This document shows, piece after piece, positions 29,531 through 40,140 of a stretch of 64,000 nucleotides of DNA. Positions within the stretch are counted from its first letter, which is position 1; each line of letters starts with the position of its first letter. The notes beneath the pieces are model-generated. The model searched no databases. It was not told the DNA's origin and saw nothing but the letters and a program-made list of their open reading frames with translations. A program made the position numbers and the translations under genes. Origin of the DNA: Phycisphaeraceae bacterium (lineage in GTDB: Bacteria > Planctomycetota > Phycisphaerae > Phycisphaerales > Phycisphaeraceae); contig OY771506.1 of the NCBI GenBank assembly GCA_963674705.1, forward strand, positions 640,001 to 704,000. Reading direction: 5' to 3'.

Positions 29531-30292
29531 TTGCTGATCGTTGAACGACAAAACCGATTGCTGGAAATCCTCAAGCAGAAGCACGCCGCGGAATTGGCGG
29601 ATCTGTGCGAAGCGTTGTCGGTCAGCATGTCCACCGTCCGGCGCGACCTGGACACGCTCGAAGACAAGGGCGCGATCAAGCGCACGCACGGCGGCGCGAT
29701 CTACCTTGGGCAGACCGAAGCAAAACCCACACCGACCAACGCGCTTGCCAGCCGGATGCTGGAGAACATTGAGGCCAAACAAGCGATCGGTCGATACGCC
29801 GCATCACTCGTGCAGCCGCACATGACACTGCTGATGGACGCCGGCTCGACCGTCATCTATGCAGCCAAGGCCATCAATGCCAGGCCGATCCAGGTCGTGA
29901 CCAATTCCCTGTCGATCGCAAGCCACTACGCGGAAGATGAGAAGGTCGAACTCACACTCATCGGCGGTAACCTGTATCCACGCACCGGCGCACTCGTCGG
30001 CACGCTGGCCCGTCAATGCCTGCGCGAACTGCACGCCGACCTTTGCTTCTTCTCGCTGGCGGGTATCGATCAGCAGGCCGCCTACAACATCAATCTCGAG
30101 ATGGCGCGCGTCGAGCAGATGATGATGCAGCAGGCCGACCGCACACTGATGCTGATGGACGCCACCAAGTTTGGCCGCAAGTCATTAGTCAGGGTCTGCA
30201 ATAATGCAGAAGTGGACCAGATCGTGACCGATCAATCAGTCGCGGAAGATTGGCGCAGCGCGTTGGGTGATAGGCTGGCGATCGCTGAATAA
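29531..30292 (+). CDS. DeoR/GlpR family transcriptional regulator
   Basis: VSMSTVRRDL, RTHGGA, DAGST, VVTNS, DATKFG. Confidence 0.93.
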   Translation: MLIVERQNRLLEILKQKHAAELADLCEALSVSMSTVRRDLDTLEDKGAIKRTHGGAIYLGQTEAKPTPTNALASRMLENIEAKQAIGRYAASLVQPHMTLLMDAGSTVIYAAKAINARPIQVVTNSLSIASHYAEDEKVELTLIGGNLYPRTGALVGTLARQCLRELHADLCFFSLAGIDQQAAYNINLEMARVEQMMMQQADRTLMLMDATKFGRKSLVRVCNNAEVDQIVTDQSVAEDWRSALGDRLAIAE

Positions 30293-30302
30293 TCCCTGGT
30301 TC

Positions 30303-31436
30303 TCAAATCTTCACAAACACCTTCCGCCGATACAGCCAGACGCACAGCAGCCAGAGCAGCAGCCAGACCACTAGTGCATTGGCCAGTATTGCGAGTTGCT
30401 CATTCACGCCTGCCATCGTCAGCCAACCGACCACGAAGATCCCCACCTTCGGGTTCAGCCAGCTATAGGTAAATGACTCGGCGATCATGTAGATCAGGAT
30501 CGAGTTCATCCCCACCACCGCAACGATCCACCCGCCGAAGCGGAAGCCGATTCCATCAATCAGGCTGTAGAACGCAGCCAACGCCAACAAACACCATCCG
30601 CCGGAGATAAGCACAAACGGCCCCGTGCATGTACGCTTGATGATCGGCGCATACCCGATCGCTTCCAGGCCATAGCCGGCGCCGATAGCGACCAGGCCGA
30701 ACAACGTGATCCAAAGCACGCCGCGCAATGGGTCTTTCGAGCGTACAATCGCCCGACCGGCGAGCACACCCCAGATTGTGTGGGCTGCGGACGGGATCGC
30801 GTTGAACGCCACCCAGTTATCGCTGTTCAAATGCCCCATCAGCAGCATGTCGATATACGAACCGAAGTTCTCACCGGGCGTAAAAGGCTGATCGTAAGGC
30901 GCGATCAAGATAAACCGGTACGCCGCATCCGACGCCCCGATCAACGCAAGTGAAATCAATAGCTGCACCCAGAACGGCAGTTCCATGATCAAAAACGCGA
31001 TGAGGATTGTCACCGACAACTGCGTCAGCACGTTCCATAATTCAAACACCAGTTTTCCCGCATAGATGCAGTGCAAACCCGTACCCAACAGGAACAGGAT
31101 GAAACACCGCACGAGGATGTGGGCAAAACGATCCGGCCACTTCTGGCCTTGTGCCGCACGCTTGCGCATCGAAAACACCATCGACACACCCACGATAAAC
31201 ATGAACGCCGGCTGCACCAGGTCCCAGAAGCGCAAACCGTCCCACGCCGGATGCATGCACTGCTCTGCGATTACGCGCGCCCAGTGTGGCCCCAACTCAT
31301 ACAACGCGACGTACACCCCCGCCCCTTCCGCGATCAGCAATGTCATTACCAATCCACGATAAACATCCAGCGAAAACAACCGCTTATCTTTTACGACTTC
31401 AGTACCCGGCTGTTTTTCGCTGAGTGTTTCTGACAT
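30303..31436 (-). CDS. HGSNAT-like (DUF5009/NagX-like) membrane acyltransferase
   Basis: RLFSLDVYRG, HPAWDGLRFWDLVQPAFMFIVG, PIIKR, VGMNSILIY. Confidence 0.82.
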   Translation of the reverse strand: MSETLSEKQPGTEVVKDKRLFSLDVYRGLVMTLLIAEGAGVYVALYELGPHWARVIAEQCMHPAWDGLRFWDLVQPAFMFIVGVSMVFSMRKRAAQGQKWPDRFAHILVRCFILFLLGTGLHCIYAGKLVFELWNVLTQLSVTILIAFLIMELPFWVQLLISLALIGASDAAYRFILIAPYDQPFTPGENFGSYIDMLLMGHLNSDNWVAFNAIPSAAHTIWGVLAGRAIVRSKDPLRGVLWITLFGLVAIGAGYGLEAIGYAPIIKRTCTGPFVLISGGWCLLALAAFYSLIDGIGFRFGGWIVAVVGMNSILIYMIAESFTYSWLNPKVGIFVVGWLTMAGVNEQLAILANALVVWLLLWLLCVWLYRRKVFVKI

Positions 31437-31642
31437 CAACAAACCCCTGTCCTGTTTAGCGGGCGATCAACGATCACCAAAACTATAGAAGTGCATCACC
31501 AAGGCGATTATAACAAACGGGGATGGAATCGATGGTCACGAACCCAGCCCCGTTCGGGATAGCACTTATCAAGAACAAGTAACACGCGACCCCGGTCAAT
31601 ACCGCAATCATTCCTTAGAGTGTGTGTAAGAAGTCGGCTCTA

Positions 31643-31760
31643 CCCCCTCTCCCCCCGGGAGAGGGTCGGGGTGAGGGCCGACAACCTTAAGCGAATATTC
31701 TCAATAAGAACACGTAATCAACCCGGCCCTCATCCCAACCTTCTCCCTGGGGAGAAGGGG
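31643..31760. repeat. Inverted pair of REP-like palindromic units
   Basis: CCCCCTCTCCCCCCGGGAGAGGGTCGGGGTGAGGGCCG ... CGGCCCTCATCCCAACCTTCTCCCTGGGGAGAAGGGG. Confidence 0.75.
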
Positions 31761-31800
31761 CCGGACCGCTCGTTTATTGCAAAGGTTTTCACACCGATTT

Positions 31801-32979
31801 TCAACGATGCGCCCGGCGCTTATTCGTAATCAGACAAGCCGCCGACAACAGCATGATGGTGCCGGGCTCCGGGATCGTGTTTATATTTTCGCTGATTGGC
31901 GGCGTCCCGGCGTTCCAGTTATTCAGGACGACATCCAGATCATCCAGGCCGATATAGCCGTCCGGGACACCGGAGGGACCGGAGACGTCCGCACGTTCAT
32001 CACCCGGGGGCACGCTCTGGTTCCAGTTTGCGAGGATGATGTCCAGATCGTCCAGGCCGACGAAGTCGTCACCGTCCAGATCACCGTTTACCTGACCGAA
32101 AAAAAAAGCGTAGGCCTGGTCGAGGAAGTTGTTGGCTCTGCCGGCGAACATATCGGTGGAGTAAACGTTGGCCGTGACATTGGGATGGCTGTTGGTTGTT
32201 TCCCCGCCGTACTCGGCCTTGAGTCGGTTGGGCATGGTTGCCGCATCATCGGGATTCGCCAGGACGTCAAACCAATCGAATACCGCGACGTTGTTCAGGC
32301 CCGTGCGCTGCTTGTACTCAACCTGCCATTCGTCAGTGAGCCAGGTGTTGAATACGCGTGCGCGGTGAGCGTTGGCGTCATTGGTGCTGGTGTTGCACAG
32401 GGGCGGTGCGGTCACGGGGATGAAAAGGATATCCGGATTAGCCGCGAATATATCTTCAAGCGCCAGGTACTCGGCACCATTGCTGGTATAAGTATTACCC
32501 GTGCCATCGGGATGCTGATAGACCGCTTTGTAGTTGGTCAGCGTCTGCGAGCTACTGAATGGATCGCCGGGCGTTGATCCGTCAGAAGTGACATTGCTGA
32601 TCGGATAGCAACTCTTGAACATGATGATCTTGTTGTAGCCGTTACCGCCGGGAAACGATTGCACGCCTTCCAGATAATCATTAAACCAGTAAACCCAATG
32701 GTTCATGTTGGTCTTGTCGCCCGGCGTAGCTGCCAACGAGTCCGGCCGCCCCGAATCCGGCGTCAGGTCGTCACCATACGTGATGTCGTTGACAGTATCG
32801 ATGTAATCTTTCGCAGCCAGGGCAGTGGACAGGCCGCCGTTACTGGCACTGAGCCAATTGCTGCCACAGGAATGATGGATGAAAAGGATGTCGCTTTGGG
32901 TTTGAGCCTGCAACGAAAGGCAAGTACATGCGATGCACAGTGACACGATAGCGATAACACGGTTCATGATATTCTCCAT
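31801..32979 (-). CDS. Secreted PEP-CTERM protein with dockerin-like repeats and possible SGNH-like domain
   Basis: Signal peptide; ILFIHHSCG, IIMFKSCYP, VFDWFDVLA, SHPN; IPEPG tail. Confidence 0.75.
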   Translation of the reverse strand: MENIMNRVIAIVSLCIACTCLSLQAQTQSDILFIHHSCGSNWLSASNGGLSTALAAKDYIDTVNDITYGDDLTPDSGRPDSLAATPGDKTNMNHWVYWFNDYLEGVQSFPGGNGYNKIIMFKSCYPISNVTSDGSTPGDPFSSSQTLTNYKAVYQHPDGTGNTYTSNGAEYLALEDIFAANPDILFIPVTAPPLCNTSTNDANAHRARVFNTWLTDEWQVEYKQRTGLNNVAVFDWFDVLANPDDAATMPNRLKAEYGGETTNSHPNVTANVYSTDMFAGRANNFLDQAYAFFFGQVNGDLDGDDFVGLDDLDIILANWNQSVPPGDERADVSGPSGVPDGYIGLDDLDVVLNNWNAGTPPISENINTIPEPGTIMLLSAACLITNKRRAHR

Positions 32980-33156
32980 TCATAAGATCGAAATATCTGA
33001 ACTTTTATCCTATCAAGCCTGCTCCGTTAATAAAAGGGAAAGCCAATCAACTTTCGCAAAACGCTAGCGTTCTTTGAGTTTTAGCAGGCTGAAAATAGAC
33101 ACAATGACAGCGATGAGGTGGTATGTATATCATCCATTCGCCCACCCGCTTTGGGT

Positions 33157-35043
33157 CTACGCAGATTCCGGCTCCGGCTCGCTATCGCCAAAAATCGATC
33201 GTTTGAGCACCCACCGCAACACAAGGCCTGCCACAACAGCGATCGATACACATACCGCAACGCCGGTCCAGCGCGAGAAGATCGCAGAACCGATCCCCAG
33301 TAACAGCGAGTAGATAAATGCGATCGACGCCAGCCAGCCGATCGTGCTGCGTCCGAACTCGCCGGACTCCTTGGGGATACCATGCTCTTCCCGTACGCGC
33401 GCCCACCCCGGACCGGACGGTCGTACATCTCTGCAGAATTGGATCGCGCTCTGCGATGGCTTTTTACACGTCAAGACAGATACCAAGATCCAGACAAACA
33501 TCGCACCAAAGGTGGTTATCAATACCCGGTAGGCGAAGTAGTCGATCGGACGGCCGACCGCGTCCAACATAGCTTCACCCGCTGCATCTTTGGGATTGGC
33601 CAGATAAACTTCGCATGCGATTCCCAGCGCAAGCGCAGCGATGATCGCCGCGATTTCCGACCACGCCGTGACACGCCACCAGTACCACCGCAGGATTAAG
33701 ACGGTCCCCACGCCGCCGACGAACACGCCCAGCATCTTATAAGCGTCGATGATGCCCGAGAGTTTGGTCGATACGATCAGCGCGAGGATAGTCAATACTA
33801 ACATCGTGATACGCGACGCTCTGACTAACTCTTTCTGTTTGGCTTCCGGCCGAATGAAAGGCTGATACATGTCGTTAACAAGGTAAGATGCCCCCCAGTT
33901 CAGGTGCGTATCAAGCGTACTCATATACGCCGCCAGCATCGCCGCGACCATCACGCCCTTGATGCCCGTATGCATCAGTTCATCGATCATCATCGGGAAC
34001 GCCCGCTCAGCATCGGATCCCGTCAACTCGGGGAAGTAGACCATCGACGCCAATCCCACAACGATCCACGGCCAGGGACGCAGCACGTAATGGCAGAAGT
34101 TGTACCAGAGGAATGCAAGCAGCGAGTCCTTCTCGCTCTTGGTCGCGAGCATCCGCTGCACAAGATAGCCATTACCCGGCGCGGTCTGCCATGAAACCAC
34201 AAAGATATATGTCAGGAACGTGAACACCACCAGGTCAAACGATGAGAGGTCGGGGAAAAATCCGAGCAGGTTCTTATCCGGATTGTACGCAACGGTGGTT
34301 TCAATACGCTGGGCGAAACTCATCCCTTCGGTGGCAACGCCGTTGATCTCCGGCTCCGCCATCACGCTGTTGAACGACATGACCGCCAACCAGATCGTGC
34401 CAACCATGGCCAGCACAAACTGAACAAGGTCGGTATAAACCACGCCGTATAAACCCGAGGCCATGGAATACACCATCGCACACAAACCCAGGATCATCAG
34501 AACCAAGCCCGTCTCGGTCACCGTGAACAAAGGCTCAGCCGAACCAAACAAATGCGGAGCAAAGACCGGGTCGGCATCCAAACCCATCACCGCCTGCACG
34601 ACCTTGGTCGCCGCGATCGTAACGGATGCCATAATGACACAGTTGACGAACACGCCATCGAACAGCACCTTGAACACACGAAGGATCGAACGCTGCGGCG
34701 AAGCGTCGTAGCGGACCTGGATCAATTCAACATCCGTCAACACTTTCGTGCGTCGCCAGAGCTTGGCAAAATAAAAGATAGTCGCCGTCTGCCCGATCGC
34801 TGCGGCCCACCAGAACCAGTTACCATGGATCCCGTCGTTACGCGCTAAACCGGCAACGAATAATGGCGTGTCCGTTGAGAATGTCGTGGCGACAAGAGAC
34901 GTACCCGCGATCCACCAAGGCAAACTTCGACCGGCGACGAAGAAGTCCGTCGTATCGTGCGACGCTTTCTTTACGAATATGAAACCCAGTACTAATGCAA
35001 TCAGGACATAAGCAGCAACGACGCACCAGTCTATAGGAGTCAT
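33157..35043 (-). CDS. Sodium:solute symporter family protein
   Basis: DFFVAGRSLPWW...SLVATTFSTDTP, GVVYTD, VQRMLATKSE, AAYMSTLDTHLNWG. Confidence 0.92.
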   Translation of the reverse strand: MTPIDWCVVAAYVLIALVLGFIFVKKASHDTTDFFVAGRSLPWWIAGTSLVATTFSTDTPLFVAGLARNDGIHGNWFWWAAAIGQTATIFYFAKLWRRTKVLTDVELIQVRYDASPQRSILRVFKVLFDGVFVNCVIMASVTIAATKVVQAVMGLDADPVFAPHLFGSAEPLFTVTETGLVLMILGLCAMVYSMASGLYGVVYTDLVQFVLAMVGTIWLAVMSFNSVMAEPEINGVATEGMSFAQRIETTVAYNPDKNLLGFFPDLSSFDLVVFTFLTYIFVVSWQTAPGNGYLVQRMLATKSEKDSLLAFLWYNFCHYVLRPWPWIVVGLASMVYFPELTGSDAERAFPMMIDELMHTGIKGVMVAAMLAAYMSTLDTHLNWGASYLVNDMYQPFIRPEAKQKELVRASRITMLVLTILALIVSTKLSGIIDAYKMLGVFVGGVGTVLILRWYWWRVTAWSEIAAIIAALALGIACEVYLANPKDAAGEAMLDAVGRPIDYFAYRVLITTFGAMFVWILVSVLTCKKPSQSAIQFCRDVRPSGPGWARVREEHGIPKESGEFGRSTIGWLASIAFIYSLLLGIGSAIFSRWTGVAVCVSIAVVAGLVLRWVLKRSIFGDSEPEPESA

Positions 35044-35169
35044 ATCACGTGTCCGTTTCTTACCCTTAAGAGGAATCCCATCAACGGGCTAAAGATAGCA
35101 AATCACACAGATTGAACTGATTGCCGATCTAATGACGACGATTTAGAATCCCGAAGTTAGCAGGAATAT

Positions 35170-35281
35170 TTGTATTGTCAAGTATGTTATTGTGAACAAG
35201 TGTTTTCTTGTAATATCTGTTAAAATAGGGGTTGACGAATGATTGCCACAGCGTGTATGCTGCTCTAGTTGTATTTACAAG
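35170..35281. promoter_or_regulatory. Divergent promoter region with putative GntR-type boxes
   Basis: TTGTATTGTCAA (35170), TTGACG-18 nt-TATGCT (35232), CTAGTTGTATTTACAAG (35265). Confidence 0.5.
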
Positions 35282-35335
35282 TTGTGCCTAAAGAAGATCG
35301 CTTTCCGCCCGCCTATCCTTGCCTGGGAGTAACGC

Positions 35336-36703
35336 ATGACATCTGCACACCGCCGCATCCGCCCGTTACTGATCCTGTTCGGTTACCTGATGTGTTTGGC
35401 CGCGTGCTTCAGCTGCGCATCGCTGCACGCCGCGGAACAAACGTACACGCCGGATGACAATCGCGACATCGCCAACCCCGAGCGCGGCTTGTACATCCAG
35501 TTCACCAGCCAGGCAGAACAGAACCCGCTCGAACTCGATGCGGTCAAGCAACTGCACGACCAAAACATGACGCTCATCTTGAGGATGTACTACCTCAAGA
35601 CTTTTCTCGATCGGCGGCTGAGCGATAAGCAACTGGAGATGATCCGCAACGACTTTGCGATCATGCGCGAAGCGGGCGTGAAGTGCGTCTTGCGTTTTGC
35701 CTATAGCCAGGAGATCGGCAAACCCGATGCGCCGATCGATGTCGTGCTTGAGCACATGGAACAACTCAAGCCCATCATCAAAGACAACGCCGATGTGATC
35801 CTCACCGCTCAGGGTGGATTCGTCGGCGCGTGGGGCGAATGGCACGCTTCCACAAACGATCTGGCTGAACCACCCAACGCAAAGAAAATCGTTCACAAGT
35901 GGCTCGATATCCTGCCGCCGAACCGAACCGTGCAGTTACGCACGCCCAGACAAAAGTGGATGATCCTCGACAGCAAAGAACCGATCACAGCCGGCCAGGC
36001 GTTCACCAACACACCGATCGCACGCATCGGCCACCACAACGACTGCTTCATCTCCAGCAACACCGATGTGGGCACATACGAAGACATCGAAAACGAAAAG
36101 CGATACCTCGGCGTCGAAACACAGTTTGTCCCGATGGGCGGCGAAACCTGCGCGCTTTCCAAGTTCTCCGATACCGAGAATGCACGCAATGAAATGGAAA
36201 ACCTGCACTTCACCTACCTGAACCTCGGTTACCACCCGGAGGTGATCAAGAAGTGGAAAAATGACGGCTTCTTCCAGGAAGTCAAACGTAGATTAGGCTA
36301 TCGCCTGTCGCTGCAATCATTCGAATACCCCCCAAGCGCCAGGCCATACGGAAAAATCAAGGTCGGTTTGATGCTGGAAAACACGGGATTTGCACCGCCC
36401 GTCAACCCACGCGATGTCGTGCTGATTTTTGTCAACCAGCAAGACAAAAAAGAATTCATCCTGAAAATCCCCTGCGAGCCACGCCGATGGCTGCCCGGCA
36501 AACCCATCCGTATCGAAGAGGAGTTACAACTGCCTCGCGATATGCCATCCGGCATCTACAAACTCTACCTGACGCTGCCAGACCCCGAGCCCGCACTGGC
36601 GGACAACCCCGCGTACATGATCCAACTCGCAAACCCCGGCATATATGATGCAATGACCGGGCGACACGATCTCAATGCAACGATCAAAACGGTGTTGAGA
36701 TAA
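35336..36703 (+). CDS. Secreted DUF4832/DUF4874-like protein
   Basis: ANPERG, LRFAY, GFVGAWGEWH, RIGHHNDCF, PMGGETC, RLGYRL; paralog of 49811. Confidence 0.8.
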   Translation: MTSAHRRIRPLLILFGYLMCLAACFSCASLHAAEQTYTPDDNRDIANPERGLYIQFTSQAEQNPLELDAVKQLHDQNMTLILRMYYLKTFLDRRLSDKQLEMIRNDFAIMREAGVKCVLRFAYSQEIGKPDAPIDVVLEHMEQLKPIIKDNADVILTAQGGFVGAWGEWHASTNDLAEPPNAKKIVHKWLDILPPNRTVQLRTPRQKWMILDSKEPITAGQAFTNTPIARIGHHNDCFISSNTDVGTYEDIENEKRYLGVETQFVPMGGETCALSKFSDTENARNEMENLHFTYLNLGYHPEVIKKWKNDGFFQEVKRRLGYRLSLQSFEYPPSARPYGKIKVGLMLENTGFAPPVNPRDVVLIFVNQQDKKEFILKIPCEPRRWLPGKPIRIEEELQLPRDMPSGIYKLYLTLPDPEPALADNPAYMIQLANPGIYDAMTGRHDLNATIKTVLR

Positions 36704-36736
36704 GAAGTAGGCCCGGCCTACACGATGCTGTGTAGG

Positions 36737-37513
36737 CTAGCATTCTTCAGAGCGCATGCGGATCAGTTTCGCGGGCACACCACCGACGATGGCATAGTCG
36801 GGGACGTCTTGCGTCACAACAGCGCCGGCCGCGACAATCGCTCCCTTACCGACTGTCACGCCGTCGAGCACGCTGGCGCGTTCTCCGATCCAACTGTCCG
36901 GCCCGATCACCGCCCCACCCTTCAGGTCCTTTTCCTGGTAAGCGATGGGAGCATCGAGCCGGTCAAACTTGTAAGAGGTGTTGCCGATGCATGCGTAAGG
37001 CCCGATGGCTGCATCGCGACCGATCCGCACCACGTTGCCGCTCAAGGAGTAGATCGCTGAATAGGCGCCCGTTACGACACCGTCATCGATATGGATGTTA
37101 CCGTCTTTGCAGATAACCAGGCCGCGTTGACCGATCAAGGCATCGTCACCGATTTCGATGCCGTGGTTGTCTTTGCCGCGTGCATCGAGGATAGCACCAT
37201 CAGCGATTACAACACGGTGCCCGAGCTTGATCTTTCGCGGGTGGCGCAGCGTGATACCCGGGCCGAACACCGTTGACTTGCCACACGCGCCTAGCAGCCA
37301 AGGTAAAAGCTTCTTTCTAGAAACCAGTCCCATCGCGCCAGGAAAGCCGGCAAATAACGACATAATCAATTCGTACTTGATCGTGTAAGAAAGGCTGTTG
37401 GAACCCACAATGATCGACTGATACTTACGCAGGCCCGACTGGCTGGCGTCGGTAATTCGGCCATGCAGCTTGGCGTTCTTCGTATTAATCAGTGATTCAT
37501 CGAGTTCGGGCAT
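36737..37513 (-). CDS. Hexapeptide-repeat (left-handed beta-helix) acyltransferase
   Basis: [45 protein letters not shown]. Confidence 0.9.
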   Translation of the reverse strand: MPELDESLINTKNAKLHGRITDASQSGLRKYQSIIVGSNSLSYTIKYELIMSLFAGFPGAMGLVSRKKLLPWLLGACGKSTVFGPGITLRHPRKIKLGHRVVIADGAILDARGKDNHGIEIGDDALIGQRGLVICKDGNIHIDDGVVTGAYSAIYSLSGNVVRIGRDAAIGPYACIGNTSYKFDRLDAPIAYQEKDLKGGAVIGPDSWIGERASVLDGVTVGKGAIVAAGAVVTQDVPDYAIVGGVPAKLIRMRSEEC

Positions 37514-37598
37514 GCAAGGCCTTTCAAGACAAAGTCGACAAGATGACGATCGCGTAATGCCATGACGACGTCAACTCGGTCTGTCTCACACACAAGCA

Positions 37599-38627
37599 TC
37601 ATGACAGATAACCGTTCGATTTATACCACGCCGCAGTCGCAGCAAGGCCCTCTTCGATCCCCACCCGTGGTTGATACCCCAGTTCCTCTTTGGCCTTATC
37701 GATCTTAAATGCACGGTTCTGGCAGAACCAGTCAACGCGCCGGCGGAACAACGGAGGCGTAATCCGGAGCGGATAACAGATGACTTCGCAAGCCACCGCC
37801 ATCGCATACAGCGGCCAGAAAGGATAGTGCTTGATCTTGACGTCCTTGCCCATGGACTTGCCGACATGCATGATCAGATCGTTGAGCGTCTGGAAGTGCT
37901 CATCCGCAGCAAGATACGCCTCGCCCTTACGGCCCTTCTTAGCCGCAAGAATCAGGCAATCCACAAGGTTGTCGATGTACACCGGATGATACGTCGTGTT
38001 ACCACTGCCAAACATCATGAACGAGCCGTTCTTGCAGTGCTTGTACATGAGCAGAAACCGTGCGGGATCACCCGGGCCGTAGATCGCGGCCGGGCGCACG
38101 GTCGTCGCGTCATAGCCGGTCTGTGCGACGATTTCGTTGATGACCCGCTCGCCTTCATACTTGGTGTACTGGTAGTAATCCGCGGGCTGGATAGGCGCAT
38201 CTTCTCCGCCGGGCGGGTCCTCGACGTTGCCATGCACGCCACAGGTAGAGCAATAGACGAACTTACTTGCGCCGACATTCCGCGCCGCTTCACACATATA
38301 GCGTGTGCCTTCAACATTCGTCTGCCAATACACCTCTTTAGGCACATTGATCTGGCGGAATGCCGCGGCAAGGTGGTAGACGACCTGGGGCTTTGACCAT
38401 GCCAGCACCTCATCGCAAAACACGCGATCAGCCACGCTGCCCAGCCGAAGATGCGCCCCCAGTTCTTCAAGCTCGTCGTAGAACAGCCCCTTGGCGTTAT
38501 CGATCGCATAAACCTCGAATCCATCCTTCAACAATCGGCGCACGAGATGGCTGCCGGTAAAGCCGGTTCCACCGGTCACAAGAACTCTGTTGGAATTTGC
38601 CGTGTTGTGGTCGTTGTCGGATGACAT
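37599..38627 (-). CDS. NAD-dependent epimerase/dehydratase (extended SDR)
   Basis: VLVTGGTGFTG, HLAA, YQYTK (YxxxK), RPAAIYGPGD. Confidence 0.9.
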   Translation of the reverse strand: MSSDNDHNTANSNRVLVTGGTGFTGSHLVRRLLKDGFEVYAIDNAKGLFYDELEELGAHLRLGSVADRVFCDEVLAWSKPQVVYHLAAAFRQINVPKEVYWQTNVEGTRYMCEAARNVGASKFVYCSTCGVHGNVEDPPGGEDAPIQPADYYQYTKYEGERVINEIVAQTGYDATTVRPAAIYGPGDPARFLLMYKHCKNGSFMMFGSGNTTYHPVYIDNLVDCLILAAKKGRKGEAYLAADEHFQTLNDLIMHVGKSMGKDVKIKHYPFWPLYAMAVACEVICYPLRITPPLFRRRVDWFCQNRAFKIDKAKEELGYQPRVGIEEGLAATAAWYKSNGYLS

Positions 38628-38889
38628 GCCAGCTCCTGGTTCCGAATAACCTTTATCAGAGGACGCATCCAGCTATACAACAGGTATATGCCGGACCCTG
38701 TTAAGTGGAACCCTAAACTCTTAAATGGTTTATCGGCTTGCCGGAAGGTACGGAACACTTCTCATACCTCAACATGCCCGGAATCTGGTGCGCCGTTTAT
38801 CAACCACCGGCTAAGCAGTGTTCCGCGGACCATGGCCGGGCTCTGAAGAAGGCAGATAACCAAACGGGACGCTGCTGATCTCCGGGCTG

Positions 38890-40017
38890 CTACCAACCCT
38901 CATAATACAGATTCGCCAGCGCCAACCACCCCGCGGTCTCGGCCGGATTGCCGACCGGTTGATCCCACAGATCAAAACGCACACGGTCAACCAACTCGCG
39001 CAACAACCGTGACCGTATCGAGCGCGTCAGCAGGTTGCAGACATCGGGATAGCGCGTCAGCTCGCTGACAATGACCAACCGGTGCGGGCGAATGAAGTTG
39101 ACGACGTTGACGATCCCGTTCGCCAGGTAGCCGTAGAGTGTTTCCAGCGCCTCGTCGCCGGGCTCGTAGTCGGCAGATCGACGCATCAAGATCTTTATGG
39201 CTGCATCAGAATCAGCCAACTCATCGCCCTCAAGCTTGCGCAGGTATTCACTGCTGAAGATGCACTCCAGGCAACCGGTCTGCCCACAGTAGCATCGGGA
39301 CGTATCCGCGAGATAGCGCATGTGCCCCAGTTCGTTTGCGCTACTGACACACCCCCGGCTGGGTCTGCCCTGATTCAATACCGCGGCACCCAGTGTGCCA
39401 TCACCAATATGTACTAACAATACATCATGCGCCGCTTCAGCACGGTGCGTCAGCAACCAGCGCGCGCCTAAGGCATGCATATCGTTTTCAACGATGAGTG
39501 ACAGGTCATCCGCTTCATCAAAGAGCGGGCTGAGGCTGACAGGCTTTTCATCCGTCGCCATCAAACCCGCCAGCGCCCGGCGCGTCGCCGCGTCATAAAA
39601 GCCCGGCATACTCACACCCACGCCGACCGCCTGATCGCTTCGTACCTTTGCCAGCAACTCAGCAGCAACGGCAACGAGTTTGTCTGTCCCGCCGCGGACA
39701 TACCGGCCGACCGGTTTGCCGATCAATGCCCCCTGAAGGTTGAGCTTCGCGGCACTGACCATGCCCGGCCAGATCGTCAGCCCGATGACATGGCGTTGAG
39801 CCGGATCGATCTCCAAAGGCACCCTCGGCCGACCACCGCTGCTGGGCCTGGCCTGACACTCCCGGACCAGCCCCTGCTCCATCAGACCCGCCGCAGCCGC
39901 CCCGACACGGTTGGGCGCTACGCCGGTCAGTTCATGCAGCCCGGATCGACTCTGAGCCCCCGCCCGCCAGAGCTGATGCAAGACCGAACGCTGTTCCAAA
40001 GTAAGTATCACAGCCAC
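38890..40017 (-). CDS. ROK family transcriptional regulator
   Basis: N-terminal HTH, GGRPR, VENDMHA, ELGH, CYCGQTGCLE. Confidence 0.9.
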   Translation of the reverse strand: MAVILTLEQRSVLHQLWRAGAQSRSGLHELTGVAPNRVGAAAAGLMEQGLVRECQARPSSGGRPRVPLEIDPAQRHVIGLTIWPGMVSAAKLNLQGALIGKPVGRYVRGGTDKLVAVAAELLAKVRSDQAVGVGVSMPGFYDAATRRALAGLMATDEKPVSLSPLFDEADDLSLIVENDMHALGARWLLTHRAEAAHDVLLVHIGDGTLGAAVLNQGRPSRGCVSSANELGHMRYLADTSRCYCGQTGCLECIFSSEYLRKLEGDELADSDAAIKILMRRSADYEPGDEALETLYGYLANGIVNVVNFIRPHRLVIVSELTRYPDVCNLLTRSIRSRLLRELVDRVRFDLWDQPVGNPAETAGWLALANLYYEGW

Positions 40018-40086
40018 TTTTTATCAAATCTATATTAAATATTCAAGCTATTAGACGTATTTTCAGGGCATAAGAGTTGAATATTG

Positions 40087-40115
40087 ATACTTTTTTCTGT
40101 ATAAGAAAAAAGTAT
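40087..40115. promoter_or_regulatory. Putative ROK operator
   Basis: Perfect 12-5-12 inverted repeat ATACTTTTTTCT-GTATA-AGAAAAAAGTAT between the divergent ROK and nucleotidyltransferase genes. Confidence 0.7.
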
Positions 40116-40140
40116 ATTCCACTCCAAGGAGCTATTCGCG

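Noticed and set aside
18714..30292. Classical B12-dependent Pdu/Eut or glycyl-radical microcompartment
   Set aside because: No diol dehydratase, ethanolamine ammonia-lyase or glycyl-radical enzyme; the signature enzyme is a class II aldolase
36737..38627. Epimerase and acyltransferase as an exopolysaccharide biosynthesis cluster
   Set aside because: Only two genes; no glycosyltransferase, flippase or polymerase nearby
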